Below the pieces are notes generated by a model that made no database searches, was not told where the DNA came from, and worked only from the letters and a program-made list of their open reading frames with translations. Shown piece after piece: positions 12,428 to 26,077 of a DNA stretch of 64,000 bases. Source of the stretch: Octopus vulgaris (Eukaryota); assembly GCA_951406725.2 (NCBI GenBank), contig OX597831.1, positions 28,582,001-28,646,000 on the forward strand. The letters run 5' to 3'. Every line of letters starts with the position of its first letter. The stretch's first letter is position 1. Position numbers and translations under genes: made by a program.

Positions 12428-12640
12428 AAAGTTTAAATAATCCTTCTTTCTTGGTTCAATATTTAATTTTTTTCTTTTACATGGTTCAGTCGTTGACCTT
12501 GCAGTTATGATGGGGTTACTGCCTTAAAGGTCTAGTGGGGTAAATCGACCCCAGTGCTTAAACATACTTATTCTATCGGTCTCTACTACCGAACTGCAAG
12601 ATACGGGGGTATGGGTAAATCAACACTGATTGTCAAGCGA

Positions 12641-12689
<49 letters not shown>

Positions 12690-12736
12690 TGTGTGTGGAT
12701 ATTTGATGGATATTTGTCCTCATCTTGTTTGTTATT

Positions 12737-12782
12737 AACACAACGTTTCGGCTGATATACCCTCCAGCCTTCATCAGGTGTC
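12737..12782 (-). ncRNA. Type I minimal hammerhead ribozyme
   Basis: Reverse complement: acac CTGATGA a ggctg gagggtatat cagcc GAAA cg TT gtgt. Perfect stems I and II, AACGTT palindrome at stem III. Confidence 0.85.
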
Positions 12783-14528
12783 TTGGGGAAATTTCGAACC
12801 TGGGTTCACATTCCTAAGGTGTTTTTCGATATTATTATTATTATTATATCATAACAAACAAGATGAGGACAAATATCCGTCAAATGTAAATAATGTAAAT
12901 AATGTAAATAATGAACAGCTATTCTGTTATAAATATAACCATAATATTCAAATACATGGTGCATGTCTCTCCACTTTGAGGAACCCCTCCTCTCTCGGTT
13001 CCACTCAGCACCATCTACTAAGTCCTGGTCATGAGGGAATGATGCTAAAGATTTGCCAAGCGTGCTACCAATTCTGCCAGCTTTATGTTCTGAGTTCAAA
13101 AGCTGCCAAGGTCCAGCTTGCCTTTCTTCCTTTGGGGTTCGATAAAATAACTACAAGTTGAGGACTAGAATGGATGTAATCGACTAGCCCGCTTCTCCCA
13201 AACTTTCAGGCCTTGTTCTTATAATAGGAAACAAAAAAAAATATTGTAATTTTCATGGATTTTCCCTCTTCCTCACACAAGGCCTGTGGGTCAGCGAGGT
13301 TGCTCTTTTCATATGCCAGGGGGTGGAGTATGTGTGGAATATGTCGACTCAGAGATCTAGAACACAAAAGGATCTGGTCCAATATACTTACAGTTTCCCT
13401 AATTAACAATGGAATGCGACTACGAAAAAAAAATGAAAGAAAAAAAAATTGACCGTTTTTCTTCATCGATGGACGAATGGAATGATTACAACACCTTTAA
13501 GTCTAACCTGGACTATCACTATCTCAACCAGACTATTGCTTCCACATATTGTTGTAGTCTTCGAATAATTCCAACACTCTAGCTAGGCGTGAAGGCAAGT
13601 ATTCCCTCTGAACGGAACACCAGTTCGTCGCAGGGTTACCTATTACCAGCCGCGCGGACTGGAGCAATGTGAATTGAAGTGTTTTCCACAAAAGCACCAT
13701 GCATCGGCCTGAAAATCGTGCCTGCAACATCTTATCCACTAGGCCACGCACCTTCACTACCATAGACTATGCTGAGCAGAATATCTTCGTTAATCAAGAC
13801 AGGTGAGATATGAGAGAATATTCCGTTATTTCTTGTAGATCGAGAGTTCGTCTCTCACAGCGTGAATCATTTCTGCAATATATTATATGATATAGCAACA
13901 ATTATATGTTAGTTCTGTGACATTTATTATGATTTATCTATTTATAAATACAAGATTATTAAATATCTGTTTTAATTTATTCCTTTGCGCTCCTGTGTTA
14001 AGATATGACATTAATGTTTATAGGAGATAGGAATATTAATATTCGACTAACACATGTTTAATTCAAATTGACATGCACACATGTCATATTGGGATCTAGA
14101 TCATAATTTTCTTTTGAACCTATATTGGTTTCAGTCATTAGATTGCGGCCATGATGGAGCACCACTTTCAAACCTTTAGTTAAATAAATTGATCGCAGGA
14201 ATTACTGCCGTGTCAGTTACTACCACTAAAGAAGGGTGATTGCCATTAGTTTGCGTAAAGCGGGTTCCCAATAATTCAGTCCGCAGCAACAGATGAGGCT
14301 AGCATTTGTAAATATGCCGCCAAGTAGTATTGAAATAAATGCTGGCTGATGGCGAATGACTTCTGAATGAAGGACAATTGTGACGCAATATGTAGGAGGT
14401 ATGTCTCTTGATTTCAACTAATGACAACATTCTCTAATACTTTTGCATCTGAACGATCGTAAGAGTTTCCTGCTTTTCTTTTGTTTTGGATTTACTAGTT
14501 TTTACGATTTTTGCACGCGCACTCTCTC

Positions 14529-14706
<178 letters not shown>

Positions 14707-14737
14707 ATTTATAATATAATATATAACATATATATAA

Positions 14738-14778
<41 letters not shown>

Positions 14779-14840
14779 AATTTTCTGCGTAATGAGATAA
14801 AAAACCAAGGCTGTGTAGATAGAACATTTTTAGATGGATG

Positions 14841-14896
14841 GTCTTCTTACAGCTGTTTCCAGGATATTTTATTAATCATATCCCTTCATCGGAGAC
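14841..14896 (-). ncRNA. Type I minimal hammerhead motif, C4 variant
   Basis: Reverse complement: gtct CCGATGA a gggata...tatcctg GAAA cagctg TA aga. Element lies between two (TA)n tracts. Confidence 0.65.
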
Positions 14897-16268
14897 GGTG
14901 TGAGAGGATGGTTAGTAATAGTTAATTTAGATGGGATACAAAATAGAGAGTCAGACGGAGGAAAGAAAATAGATATGATATATATATATATATATATATT
15001 CTTTCACACTTTTACTCGTTTTTCTTCTTTCTCAAAGGCTATCATTACTTTGGAGACAGTACTTCTTGATACACCAAATATTTCGGCCTGTTTTCATTAC
15101 GCTAGCGCCTGCCTTACGAGCACCAACAATTTGAACACTTTGAAAGTCCGACAGATTTGTCATTTTAATGAATTTTAATTACCTTTTCTAATGATATCTG
15201 AAAAAAAAACAGCAACTTTAGCAAAACATATTAAGCAACACTAATAATAAATCAAAAGACATAAAAATAAACAAGCTTTTGATGGTTCTAGAGATATTTC
15301 CAAATTATGATGCTATGATGCTAAGCGTTTCCATTATTTTGTCCAACTCCTGTATGTATGTATGTATGTATGTATGTATGTATGTATGTATGTATGTATG
15401 TATGTATGTATGTATGTATGTATGTTCGTGTGTGTGTGTGTAGATATATACATGCATATGTGTATGTACACGCATTTATATATATATATGTGTGGTATAT
15501 TTAGCCTGATTCAGGATCTGATGATGGTAATTAGAAAAAACCCTTAGAATATCATCTCCCACTCACTGCAATTATAACCCCATCTTTTAGGGGCAGAGAT
15601 TATAAACTGCCACGATATGTCTACCTTACATTAGAAACCGAAGAGAGAAACATGCAGAATATCCGTAGTTCATAGACCAGGACAGTATTCAAAAGGAAGT
15701 GTTACCCTTCTGGGACATCGCTTTCGAAGAAGATTTTCCTTATATGAGAACATTATTAAAAATATGCGTCTATCTGATCCCATGAGTTGTGGCTGTGAGT
15801 GTAAAGAGAGGACCAGTTATTCCCCAAGAGTAAAGCTTGCTACAGGAACATCACCAAGCTGTAATTCGATGTGTAGACAGAGGAACCAGGGTATGGTCGA
15901 TTCTTTATAGAAGCAAAAGGAAGCCATCAACTTTAGTGGAAAAAATTCAAGATAATAGGGTACAACGCTGGAAGATATGATGACTGGAAGGATCAGCACG
16001 CATCCTGGGTCTCGGTAAATTTCTCAGTTGATCTAGCATAGAAATGAATACCATTTTCTTAATTAAAGCTTTAATTAAATAATTAGAGTTTTTAATTATG
16101 GTAGGCGATTAAACCGTCGAAAAGAAAATTGCGTGTAAAGCTGCTAATTGCCGTTCCCTAGTAGTCATACTGGATTCTGGGATAGTGTAAATAAACAAAT
16201 GATTTAATAGTAAATGAAGCACTTTAGTTACTAAGTGACTAAGGGTTCAATCCCTGAGTCAGTCAAGC

Positions 16269-16310
<42 letters not shown>

Positions 16311-16326
16311 CATACGTACATACATA

Positions 16327-16370
<44 letters not shown>

Positions 16371-16386
16371 CATACGTACATACATA

Positions 16387-16446
<60 letters not shown>

Positions 16447-17003
16447 ATTATATATACGTACGTACGTATGTATGTATATATATATATATATATAAATAAA
16501 TATATATATGTATATATATATATATACATCCATACATACGTACATACATATAATTATATATATGTAAATATATATATATATGTATATATATTTATATATA
16601 TGATGTATATATATATATATTTATATACATGATATATATATATACATGCGCGCGCTTATACTTAAGTACACTGTTTGAAATGTGAAAAGAAAATGTACGA
16701 AGTAGCAGAATAACAAATTACTTCTTTCAAATCTTACAGAAGCTCCAGGAGTAAGAAGGGGAAGTCATTACCATCGATCCCCGTTCTGGACTGCTACTTA
16801 TTTAATCATTTAATTGACGCTGAAATAATGAAAGGTAAAGCTAAATATGAATAGAAAGTTCAGTATGTGGCAAAGTAATTTATTTTACTAAGCCCTAATT
16901 ATATAATGTAATATTTTGAATACGCCTTAAATGGTCCTTTTACATACTGAACACTACTTGGTGAAATTGATTAATAACTAATTAATTTTACTCTCAATTA
17001 TTG

Positions 17004-17052
<49 letters not shown>

Positions 17053-17132
17053 AGGAAAAATGTTTTTAAAAAATGCAGAATGCTCAAATGAAAGAAAATT
17101 TTAATAAAATGAGAAAATGATAAAATATATAA

Positions 17133-18338
17133 ATGTATATGGGTACCAAGGCTGCACCAGTCCTTGCGAACCTCATAATGGGTTACTTCGAACTGTCACT
17201 CTATGAAATATCAAGCCAGAAATTTGGACATGTTTTCCACACCTACCTAATGGAAAACTGGAAAAGGTATTTAGATGATTGTTTCATCATATGGAAAGAA
17301 CCTTATGAAAAACTCCTGGAATTCAAAACCATACTAAACAACATACATCCCAACATCCAATTCACTATGGAATTAAGCAAACATCATCTCCCATTCCTTG
17401 ATCTCCTAATTATAAAAACACCTAAGAACCAAATCATAACAGACATCTACCACAAACCTACAGACTCACAACAATACCTCCTCTTTAGTTCATGCCACCC
17501 AAAACACACCAAGACAAATATCCCTTTCAATTTAGCTAAAAGGGTATGCACCATTGTCTCGGATCCAAAAACACGAGAAATACGCCTTCAAGACCTCAAA
17601 AAAACACTATTACAACGTCAATATCCCTCCACCCTTATAGAGTATGGAATAAAACGCGCCAAAGAACTAGACAACACTACACTGAAAACCACCCAACCTA
17701 ACACCACACACAACCTCAAAATACTTCCATACATTTCCACCCACAACCCCAAAAATATCGAAGCATACACCACAATCATACAAAACCTCAGTCTACTGTC
17801 AACAGACCCAAAAATGAAAAACATTATAAATACACACAAAATCCTCAAATGCAAAAGGCAACACAAATCTTTAAAAAAACTCTTGATTAATGCCAAACTT
17901 CACACACCACATCCACCCCCAACAGTAAAAAAATGTGCACGCTCAAACTGTGGTACCTGCCCCTTTCTACTTGAAGGCTCTGAATTTACCTTCAAACAAG
18001 GTACGAAGTTTAAAATCAAGACTAACTTCTCCTGTTCCTCCGAGAACCTTATCTACGTTCTCACATGCGCTGGTTGCCAACATAATTATGTTGGACAAAC
18101 GAGTCTCCCGTTACGTAAACGAGTAACGGTGCATAAAGAACAAATAAATCTCCCGGAATACCGACAAATTCCACTGAGTGACCACTTAGACTCATGTGCT
18201 AAAGACTTAAACCCCAAATTCTATATATTCCCCTTCTACCAATGTAAAGACGGGATCACCACACAGGAGAGAATTAACAAGGAGAATCTCTTTATTGAAA
18301 AATTCCAAACACAACTTAATATGCAAACTCCTCGTTGA
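17133..18338 (+). CDS. Penelope-like reverse transcriptase (C-terminal part) + Cys linker + GIY-YIG endonuclease, N-terminally truncated
   Basis: MGTKAAPVLANL, RYLDD, LPFLDL, DIYHKPTDSQQYL..SCHP; CARSNCGTC linker; NLIYVLTCAGC..YVGQT..RVTVH. Uninterrupted 401 aa. Confidence 0.93.
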   Translation: MYMGTKAAPVLANLIMGYFELSLYEISSQKFGHVFHTYLMENWKRYLDDCFIIWKEPYEKLLEFKTILNNIHPNIQFTMELSKHHLPFLDLLIIKTPKNQIITDIYHKPTDSQQYLLFSSCHPKHTKTNIPFNLAKRVCTIVSDPKTREIRLQDLKKTLLQRQYPSTLIEYGIKRAKELDNTTLKTTQPNTTHNLKILPYISTHNPKNIEAYTTIIQNLSLLSTDPKMKNIINTHKILKCKRQHKSLKKLLINAKLHTPHPPPTVKKCARSNCGTCPFLLEGSEFTFKQGTKFKIKTNFSCSSENLIYVLTCAGCQHNYVGQTSLPLRKRVTVHKEQINLPEYRQIPLSDHLDSCAKDLNPKFYIFPFYQCKDGITTQERINKENLFIEKFQTQLNMQTPR

Positions 18339-18970
18339 TCAAACTTCCTTTCTCTACCTCACTTTTCATGGATGGACTAACACAAATATATAAAGATACC
18401 ATGCATTCATCACTTCAAGCTAAAACTTATATTCTTTAAATATCATTTTTACTTTTGTTGTTATTACTATCATTTTTATTATAAATGATATGACAATTTG
18501 AAATGCAATTGTCTATGCAGATTTATATTATTAGAAAATAATGTAAATAAAGTGTTAAAATCTGAAAGTTAAGTTAACAAGCAATTATATAAAAAAGATA
18601 ATGCAAATGAAGCTAAAATGATAGTTTTATAATTTGGGTTTTATTGAAGAACTCAAAAGAGTTGTCTCCCCTTACTCACAACACAGGAACTGAAGAACCA
18701 GGACCACAATTACTACTACTTCCTGTCCTGCAAACATGCTGAATTTAACAACACAACACAACACATGCTCTTAATCCCTTTGGATCTTAACACCTCAAGG
18801 TAATTTTTTCGTAAACAACCATAAAACGCAAGATACACAACGAACTCACAATGTATCGGAGAACTTATTTTTTAATTTTTGTACATTTTTATCATTATTC
18901 TTTTACAAAAAACAATGCAATTTTCTTTTTACCCCTTTCTAATTTTTAAAAAAACTTCTTAAAACATAAA

Positions 18971-19011
18971 TATTCTTGACAAGTCATACAATGACGAAAA
19001 CCGGTTGAATA
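18971..19011 (+). ncRNA. Type I minimal hammerhead, U3:A8 variant, in the PLE 3' pLTR
   Basis: tattc TTGACAA gtca tacaa tgac GAAA accgg TT gaata. Perfect stems I and II, AACCGGTT palindrome. Confidence 0.8.
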
Positions 19012-19151
19012 AATATACATTTATATATTTTATCATTTTCTCATTTTATTAAAATTTTCTTTCATTTGAGCATTCTGCATTTAAAAAAAAAATTTTTCCT
19101 TACTTATCATTTCTCCACGTGCGGTCAACACAACCCCACCATTTATTGATC

Positions 19152-19188
<37 letters not shown>

Positions 19189-19424
19189 ATATGTATAATT
19201 CCCGTGATCGACCATGCAATTGGTTGTTATACACCACAAGTCGCAATGGGCTTTTTATCGTTTTCGCTATCCTGATCGGAGAACTAATCCGTCGCAGGTG
19301 AGTGGAGTAGGGCAACGTAAAATGAAGTATTTTGCTCAAGAACATGACACGCCGCTCGATTCGGGAATCGAAGCCACGATCTAGCGATAAGGAGTGCAAC
19401 GACCTAAACACTAGGCCACACGCC

Positions 19425-19468
<44 letters not shown>

Positions 19469-19854
19469 ATATATATGTATATATACATTATATATATTAT
19501 GTATGTGTCATAAGTATCTCATTAATATTGTCAATTAGCTTGAAATTCAAAAGGAACGTTTAAAGCATTGAAAAATTTAAAAAAACAATCAATTTCACCA
19601 GGAAGAGCACCCATACCAGGGGGCCTCCTAGCTTGCACGTATGTGTGTGGGTGGCTTGTGTGTCAGTATATCTATATATCAATGTGTTTATGTACTAATC
19701 TGTTTGTGTGGCACGGTGTTTGTGTGTGTTTACTTTGTACCAGTTGCACGTAACCGAAACAAATACATATGACTAATGAATGAGTCTGAAAACAGCTTGA
19801 ACTGTAAAGTGGATGCAATATAGTAAAACAGCTTAGTAAAATAAGCACAAAAAT

Positions 19855-20720
19855 AATCCTTCCATCTATGTTTTTCGTCCCTTATTCCTGGGGGCTCCTT
19901 GTGTGTGTAGCGACTCAGGCACCTCCTCCTCCATAGGATGCTATCAGATACAATCGTCATTAGATTTCCCGACTGGATTCCCAGGCGTAACCAACTGAGG
20001 CCATGGATTTTATCCAACCATTTCGTACTTTTTCTACCCCTAGGTTTCCTTCCGGTTTGCCCAGCTTGAAAAACCTTTCTTATTTCTTTATTGTCCACAA
20101 GGAGCTAAACATAGAGGGGACAAACAAGGACAGACAAAGGGATTAAGTCGATTACATCGACCCCAGTGCGTAACTGGTACTTAATTTATTGACCCCGAAA
20201 AGGTGAAAGGCAAAGTCGACCTCGGCTTGAAGAACCCTTGCGATTCTTGAAGAACCCTCCTCAGCTTGAGGAACCCTTCTTGCGATTCTTTCCTGCGACA
20301 TTCTAATCACATATCTGTAGTACCGGAGCTGTGATCACTCAATGCGAAATACACTCGACTGCAGGGGCTCCCCGGTCTCCGAGCTACGCATCCTGTCATG
20401 TGATGCCACTCCAGAGACCCATCAAAGAACCCCATTTTCGCCGTTTACTTTTGCGATCGTACTTTTTTAGCCATTACCCAACAATCACGACCATAGTTGA
20501 GAAGGATAGGCACGAAAACCAAACTGAAGATAGCAAGTTTGGTTTCTGAACCAACTTCCATTTTGTGGATTGAATGCTGGAATTGGGGCATTACGTTAGT
20601 AATTTTAGTATTAAATTCATCTTCCTGCTTCTTGAATGCGGCCTCGAGATACATAAACTTCTCCACTTGTTTCTATTGTTCCACTAACATGCAGAATGTA
20701 CTGGAAATACTTTCTTGAGA
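19855..20720 (-). mobile_element. Degenerate RTE-like LINE 3' fragment, interrupted by a SINE piece (about 20100-20225)
   Basis: Translations FMYLEAAF, TKLAIFSLVFVPILLNYG..CW and GRKPRGRKSTKWLDKI resemble the end of RTE RT and its C-terminus. Frameshifted. Confidence 0.65.
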
Positions 20721-21097
20721 GTATTAGCGCTAATTTTAATGAATATTATTGACTTCTAAGGACATTTCGCTATGCATGCATTATTTAGCTATGCAAGTAT
20801 TACTCACTACAAAGTATATTAAACGTTTTTATAAGCCAATACTATGTTCTAGTGTGTTAGCAGTGCTATTAAGTCACTTGTTAAGGTTTTTCTCTACAGC
20901 ATTTTTCAATAGAAATTATAACCAGCACCGATTTGTAACGACGTTTCAAGGATGGCTAATGGGTTAAATGGGTACTGATTAAGAAACAAGTACTCCTCAA
21001 TTACGGCATATACAACCATTATACATTTTTCATCTCTGATCTCATTGTTGGTTACATTAGGCGTACTTGGATTCGAAACGTCGTTAGAAAATAGGTG

Positions 21098-21508
21098 CTC
21101 TTTACTCTCTTTACTCTTTTACTTGTTTCAGTCAATTGACTGTGGCCATGCTGGAGCACCGCTTTTAGTCGAGCAAATCAACCCCAGGACTTATTCTTTG
21201 GAAGCCTAGTACTTATTCTATCGGTCACTTTTGCCGAACCGCTAGGTTACGGGGACATGAACACACCAACATCAGTTGTTAAGCGATGTTGGGGGGCAAA
21301 CACAGACACACAAACGTATACACACACATACATATATGTATACATATATACGACGGGATTCTTTCAGTTTCCGTCTACCAAATCCACTCACAAGGCTTTG
21401 GTCGGCTCGAGGCTATAGTAGAAGACACTTGCCCAAGGTGCACGCAGTGGGACTGGACCCGGAACCATGTGGTTGGTAAGCAAGCTACTTACCACACAGC
21501 CACTCCTA
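21098..21508 (-). mobile_element. SINE family A, near full length
   Basis: Reverse complement of the copy at 28950-29335, including head and tail. Confidence 0.9.
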
Positions 21509-21754
21509 CGTCTGCTAGCTATAATTTCTATAAACAATCTAAAGAGATAACCTTAACAAGTTATTAATTAATGTAAACAGTAACAGTCTAAGGGAGGAAA
21601 GCATTGGTTGAGCAATGGTTAATGAAGCTTAAAAGAAAACTCCAAATTATCTAATTAGTTGATGCGCTGAAACGGTAAATTAAAACTGGACACCAGTGAT
21701 TAGGAAAGGAATTGTTTAACTAGTTATTATTGGTAAACAGGGTCAGGAAGAAAC

Positions 21755-22406
21755 AATGTGCTTCCATGAAATTCTGTTTTCTGCTGGGGGGAAACTGCGG
21801 CCAAAACAGTGTCATGCTTCAAACTGATTATAAGGACGCTACAGTGAGCAAAACAAGTTTTCGAGTGGTTTTTACGCTTTAGGAATTGTCACTTGTCGCA
21901 TGAAGACCAATCTCGTTCAGGACGACCGTGGACATCTCGAACGAAGGAAAGCATCATGAAAGTTCATGAACTGATCTTGGAGGATCCACACCAAACAATT
22001 GACAAACTTGTTGATATGACGGATGTGTTCTAGAGGTCCTGTCAACAAATTTTGAGCGACGAATTGCGAATGAAAGAGTTGCAGTAAAATTTTTACCTCA
22101 CTTGCTTACAGAAGATCAAAAGCAGTCATGACAGAATGCATGTCGTGAACTGAAAGAACAGTCGGGAGTTGATCCGGACTTTTTTCCGAAGGTCATCACT
22201 GGTGACGAAAGCTGGTGCCATGGAATTTGCAGATGTGGAAGAGGCGAAGAAAAAACGGCATCACATCGAACAGTGGAAAACGGGTCTGGACCGATTCATT
22301 GCTTCAAATGGAGAATGCTTTGAAAGCGATAAAAATGTAAACCTGTAAAACTAAGTGAATAAAATAATATTGCAAAATTCCGGTTTCTTTTTGGCACACT
22401 CTCGTA
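21755..22406 (+). mobile_element. Internally deleted, decayed mariner transposon
   Basis: Translation EDQSRSGRP..., FLPHLLTEDQK, VITGDESW, then a jump to ..ASNGECFE. End ...ctctcgTA is TIR-like. Confidence 0.8.
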
Positions 22407-23958
22407 CACTCCATGCCTTAAACTGATGAAATTTCGAACTCTTCCCCACCCTACTACTCTTTCATCTCTTTCTTTCTCCTATTCGTTCATACACCTCCCG
22501 GCCACTTCCGGCCACTGATTACACAACAACAAAATCCACGCCATTTTCTATTCTACTCTGGGTGTCGGGGTTATTATCTTGATATCAGCTGCTCCAAATC
22601 TTTGGTAAATAAAAACGAGAAGGTTCAGAGGAGATCTTATCATGTGTACGAAACCAAACTGCTCTATTATTATGTTTTTTTTAAACATTGAGGTTATCAT
22701 CTTTGATTGCTGCATTAAATTTTAAAACCTGTTGGGCGATTCTGTCGTCTAATTGCAAGGATAACTATTATTAATGGAAGTTTTCCAAATTAGTGTATTA
22801 AACATGGGAAAATCTACATACACACACACACGTTTATGCTTTTGCCTGCCAGAAAATGTTTACCGAGCACTCTCTTACACCAACAGTAGCAATATCACCA
22901 CCACAACCATCACCACCGCCGCCACTAAAACCACCACCGTCAATAACAACAACAACAACAACAGCAACAACAACAGCGCCATCACCAACAATATTCATTA
23001 TTCATATTTTAACTTTGATTCACAGCTGTTAAAAATATAAACCGCTAACTTCAGAATTACATGAAAGTTCTTCAGCTGTTGTACTGTTGTGCGTGTGTAC
23101 ATATATGTGCATACATACATACATACATGCATACATACATACATACATACATACATACATACATACATACACACACATATATATATACACACACACAATA
23201 TATACACATATACACACGCTTGATATATATATATTAATGATTGCGTGTGTATGTGTTTGTGCATGTATACATGTTTTGGTGGTAGATTTGTGGGAACCAA
23301 TAATCAATTGTTCTGATATAAAATATATACAAAACAACTTTAACAATATTTGCCTTTTATTCATGCCCCACCCCGCCTCCACTCTGACTTACATATTTTC
23401 CCATATTTTCAATATATTTACTGTATTTTATCATAAGTAAGTTAGCTGGATCTATCTTCCTTATCGTTTATTTTTATCTTTCTTAAACATAGGCGGAAAA
23501 CATACTGGAAAATGTTTCGGCCCGGCTGATGACATACATCTCACACTAACACATCGAAATATTAGTGTACGTCCCGGATTAAGGTAATACATAATCATAT
23601 CTGCTCTGTGTGATGTATTCTATATTTTCCGTTTAAGTTTCATTTTGCTATTTCGATATTTTTATCCGTGTTTTCAATAATAATGTTGAAATTATTACAA
23701 AGAAAATAATACTTTATCTTTTGATTAATGAAGATGTGTAAAGTGAATTTGTTAACCTCATGTATTGCGACTGAAATCGTTTGAATATTTTAAGCTTATG
23801 TAATTTCCCAGCTGAGGACTTATGAGAGGCTTTCAACAACTTTTAGATGCTCATATATAATGCATTCGAAATATTCTCATCTTTAGCTTCGTTCAGTTAA
23901 TGTCGACCTATCCGAAGGTTAATACATTATAGATTATTATAGTATATGTATGTATGTA

Positions 23959-24041
<83 letters not shown>

Positions 24042-24216
24042 GTGTGTGTCTGTATGCATATACATACACATACACACACGCACGCATATATAATCACATT
24101 CACAAACAGACACACGCATGTATTAATACAAATATGTGTGTGGGTATCTGCTCATTTTTGCATGTATAAACGCTGGAGTGGCTGTGTGGTAAGAAGCTTG
24201 CTTCCCAACCTCATGG

Positions 24217-24269
<53 letters not shown>

Positions 24270-24490
24270 TGCATGTATATTTGTTTGTATGCATGCGTTT
24301 ATATATACATGCACGTATGCAAACAGAAATGGGAATCTTGAAATAGTATATGTAAAGAGAATTCAGAAGTCATCGTTATTTTACAGAAAATTACCCTCTT
24401 CTCAATGGACCCAATGATGCGACTGAAATTACTGTTTTCAAAACCATATATTTTGTGTATTTTGTTGTATGACTGTGGAACTTGGAAATT

Positions 24491-24962
24491 ATATAGGGTA
24501 TCTCAAAAGACACTGATGGGTTTCAATTTTTAATAACTTCCTTAACTATACAAATACGTGTCTGAAATTTTGATAATATATAAAGTCAAATTTTGTAACA
24601 ACACTACATCACATATGAAAAATGACATCGCTTAAATGGCAGCCATTTTCGACTTCGCACACCCATGCACTTTCCAAATCTTGCACCATAACACCCTCAA
24701 AAGCTTCACACACCACTTCTCTGATTTTTCTACTGATGTTCTCCTTCAGTTGCACCAGGGTTTCCGATTTGTTGACGTAAACCCTTACTTTCGGGTATCC
24801 CTACAAGAAAAAATCCGAGTTAGTCAAATCTGGCGAACGCGAAGGCCAAGTTGACATTGCCGTAGTGGGAGGTTATTCTTTCTCCAAAGCATTACCTTAG
24901 CAACTGCATCGTTTCTCTTGCGGTATAAGCAGTTGCCCCATCTTGCTGGAACCATGGATGAG
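24491..24962 (-). mobile_element. Tc1/mariner-superfamily transposase 3' relic with terminal repeat
   Basis: Reverse-complement translation WFQQDGATAYTA ... WPSRSPDLTNSDFFL*GY. TA-tagggtatctcaaaa terminus. Confidence 0.75.
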
Positions 24963-25462
24963 GTCTACCTTGAATAGCCAACTGTTGTGAAGGAGCTTTT
25001 TTCAGTAAAAGTGTATTCGTCGGCTGTTTTCATATATTCCGGAGAATCTACGAATGATGTTGAACTCTTAGCGATAACAAACGTTGTAAGAAATAGATAA
25101 GCTGTTTTGTAACGTAAGAGGTTACGCAGTTCAAATGGAAGATATGCGAATTCCAAAGATATCACAAAAGTGCTGCCTGATCGAAGGAAGAACAACGCAC
25201 TCAGAGTGCGTCTGGAACTACTGGATTTCATAAAGTGCCATCATCCACTTGTTTCAGTCACTGGACGGTGTCCAGGATGGGGCATCACTTTGGAGGGTCT
25301 TTTAGTCGAACGAATTGACCACAGTACTTATATTTTTTAAAGACTTGTACTTATTCTAACGGTCTCTTTTGCCGAACTGCTAAGTTATGGGGACGTAAAT
25401 AAATAGCTGTTGTGAGACAGTAGTCGGAGACAAACACATACATACACACACGTACATACACA

Positions 25463-25536
<74 letters not shown>

Positions 25537-25921
25537 AGTTCAATTAGAAGTTAAATAAGCCTCATTAAGGTATAATAATTCCCAATGAATTTACTGGTTT
25601 CTTACCTATTATTTATTTTGAATATTAGATTTGATATTAAATTTTTTATAAACATATTTACCCTTATATTAATTTGATACTTAAATATACTGTTTATTAC
25701 TAAATATTACTATATATTATTTCTCTTTATACTTTTAATGTTACCCAAAGCATATTATATAATTTTTTATACCTACTTCTCTAAACATACTACCTCCTCC
25801 ACACCTTATAAGGTTTATACCAAGTTTTTTTTCTATAAACCAATACTCAGCCGAAATGCTCCACACACTTAACACATACAAATATAACTGTGTAATGGTA
25901 TATAATGGTATATCTTTTTTC

Positions 25922-26005
25922 TACCTCCGACGAGACTCAACTTTATAATGGTTTAAATATTTCAATTAATTTTTAAAGTCTGAATTGAAACAGTTGTCAG
26001 AAATT
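25922..26005 (+). ncRNA. Hammerhead motif, C4 variant, partly degenerate
   Basis: ct CCGACGA(25927) gactca acttta...taaagt ctgaatt GAAA(25987) cagttg TC ag. (TA)n follows about 35 nt downstream. Confidence 0.55.
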
Positions 26006-26029
26006 ATGTCTATTTTTGTAATTATTTTT

Positions 26030-26077
<48 letters not shown>

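Larger units (their letters stand above)
17050..19150 (+). mobile_element. 5'-truncated Penelope-like element (Neptune-like) with inverted pLTR copy at the 5' end, inserted in (TA)n
   Basis: RT-GIY-YIG ORF. 17050-17140 is a near-perfect reverse complement of 19013-19103. HHR at 18971-19011. (TA)n on both flanks. Confidence 0.92.

Noticed and set aside
23805-23880. CTGAGGA...GAAA tat TC possible hammerhead
   Set aside because: Stem II does not close next to the core and stem I is unconvincing; at best a decayed relic.
24965-25231. 88-aa minus-strand ORF / possible exon
   Set aside because: No recognisable domain, weak splice signals, and it sits between transposon relics.
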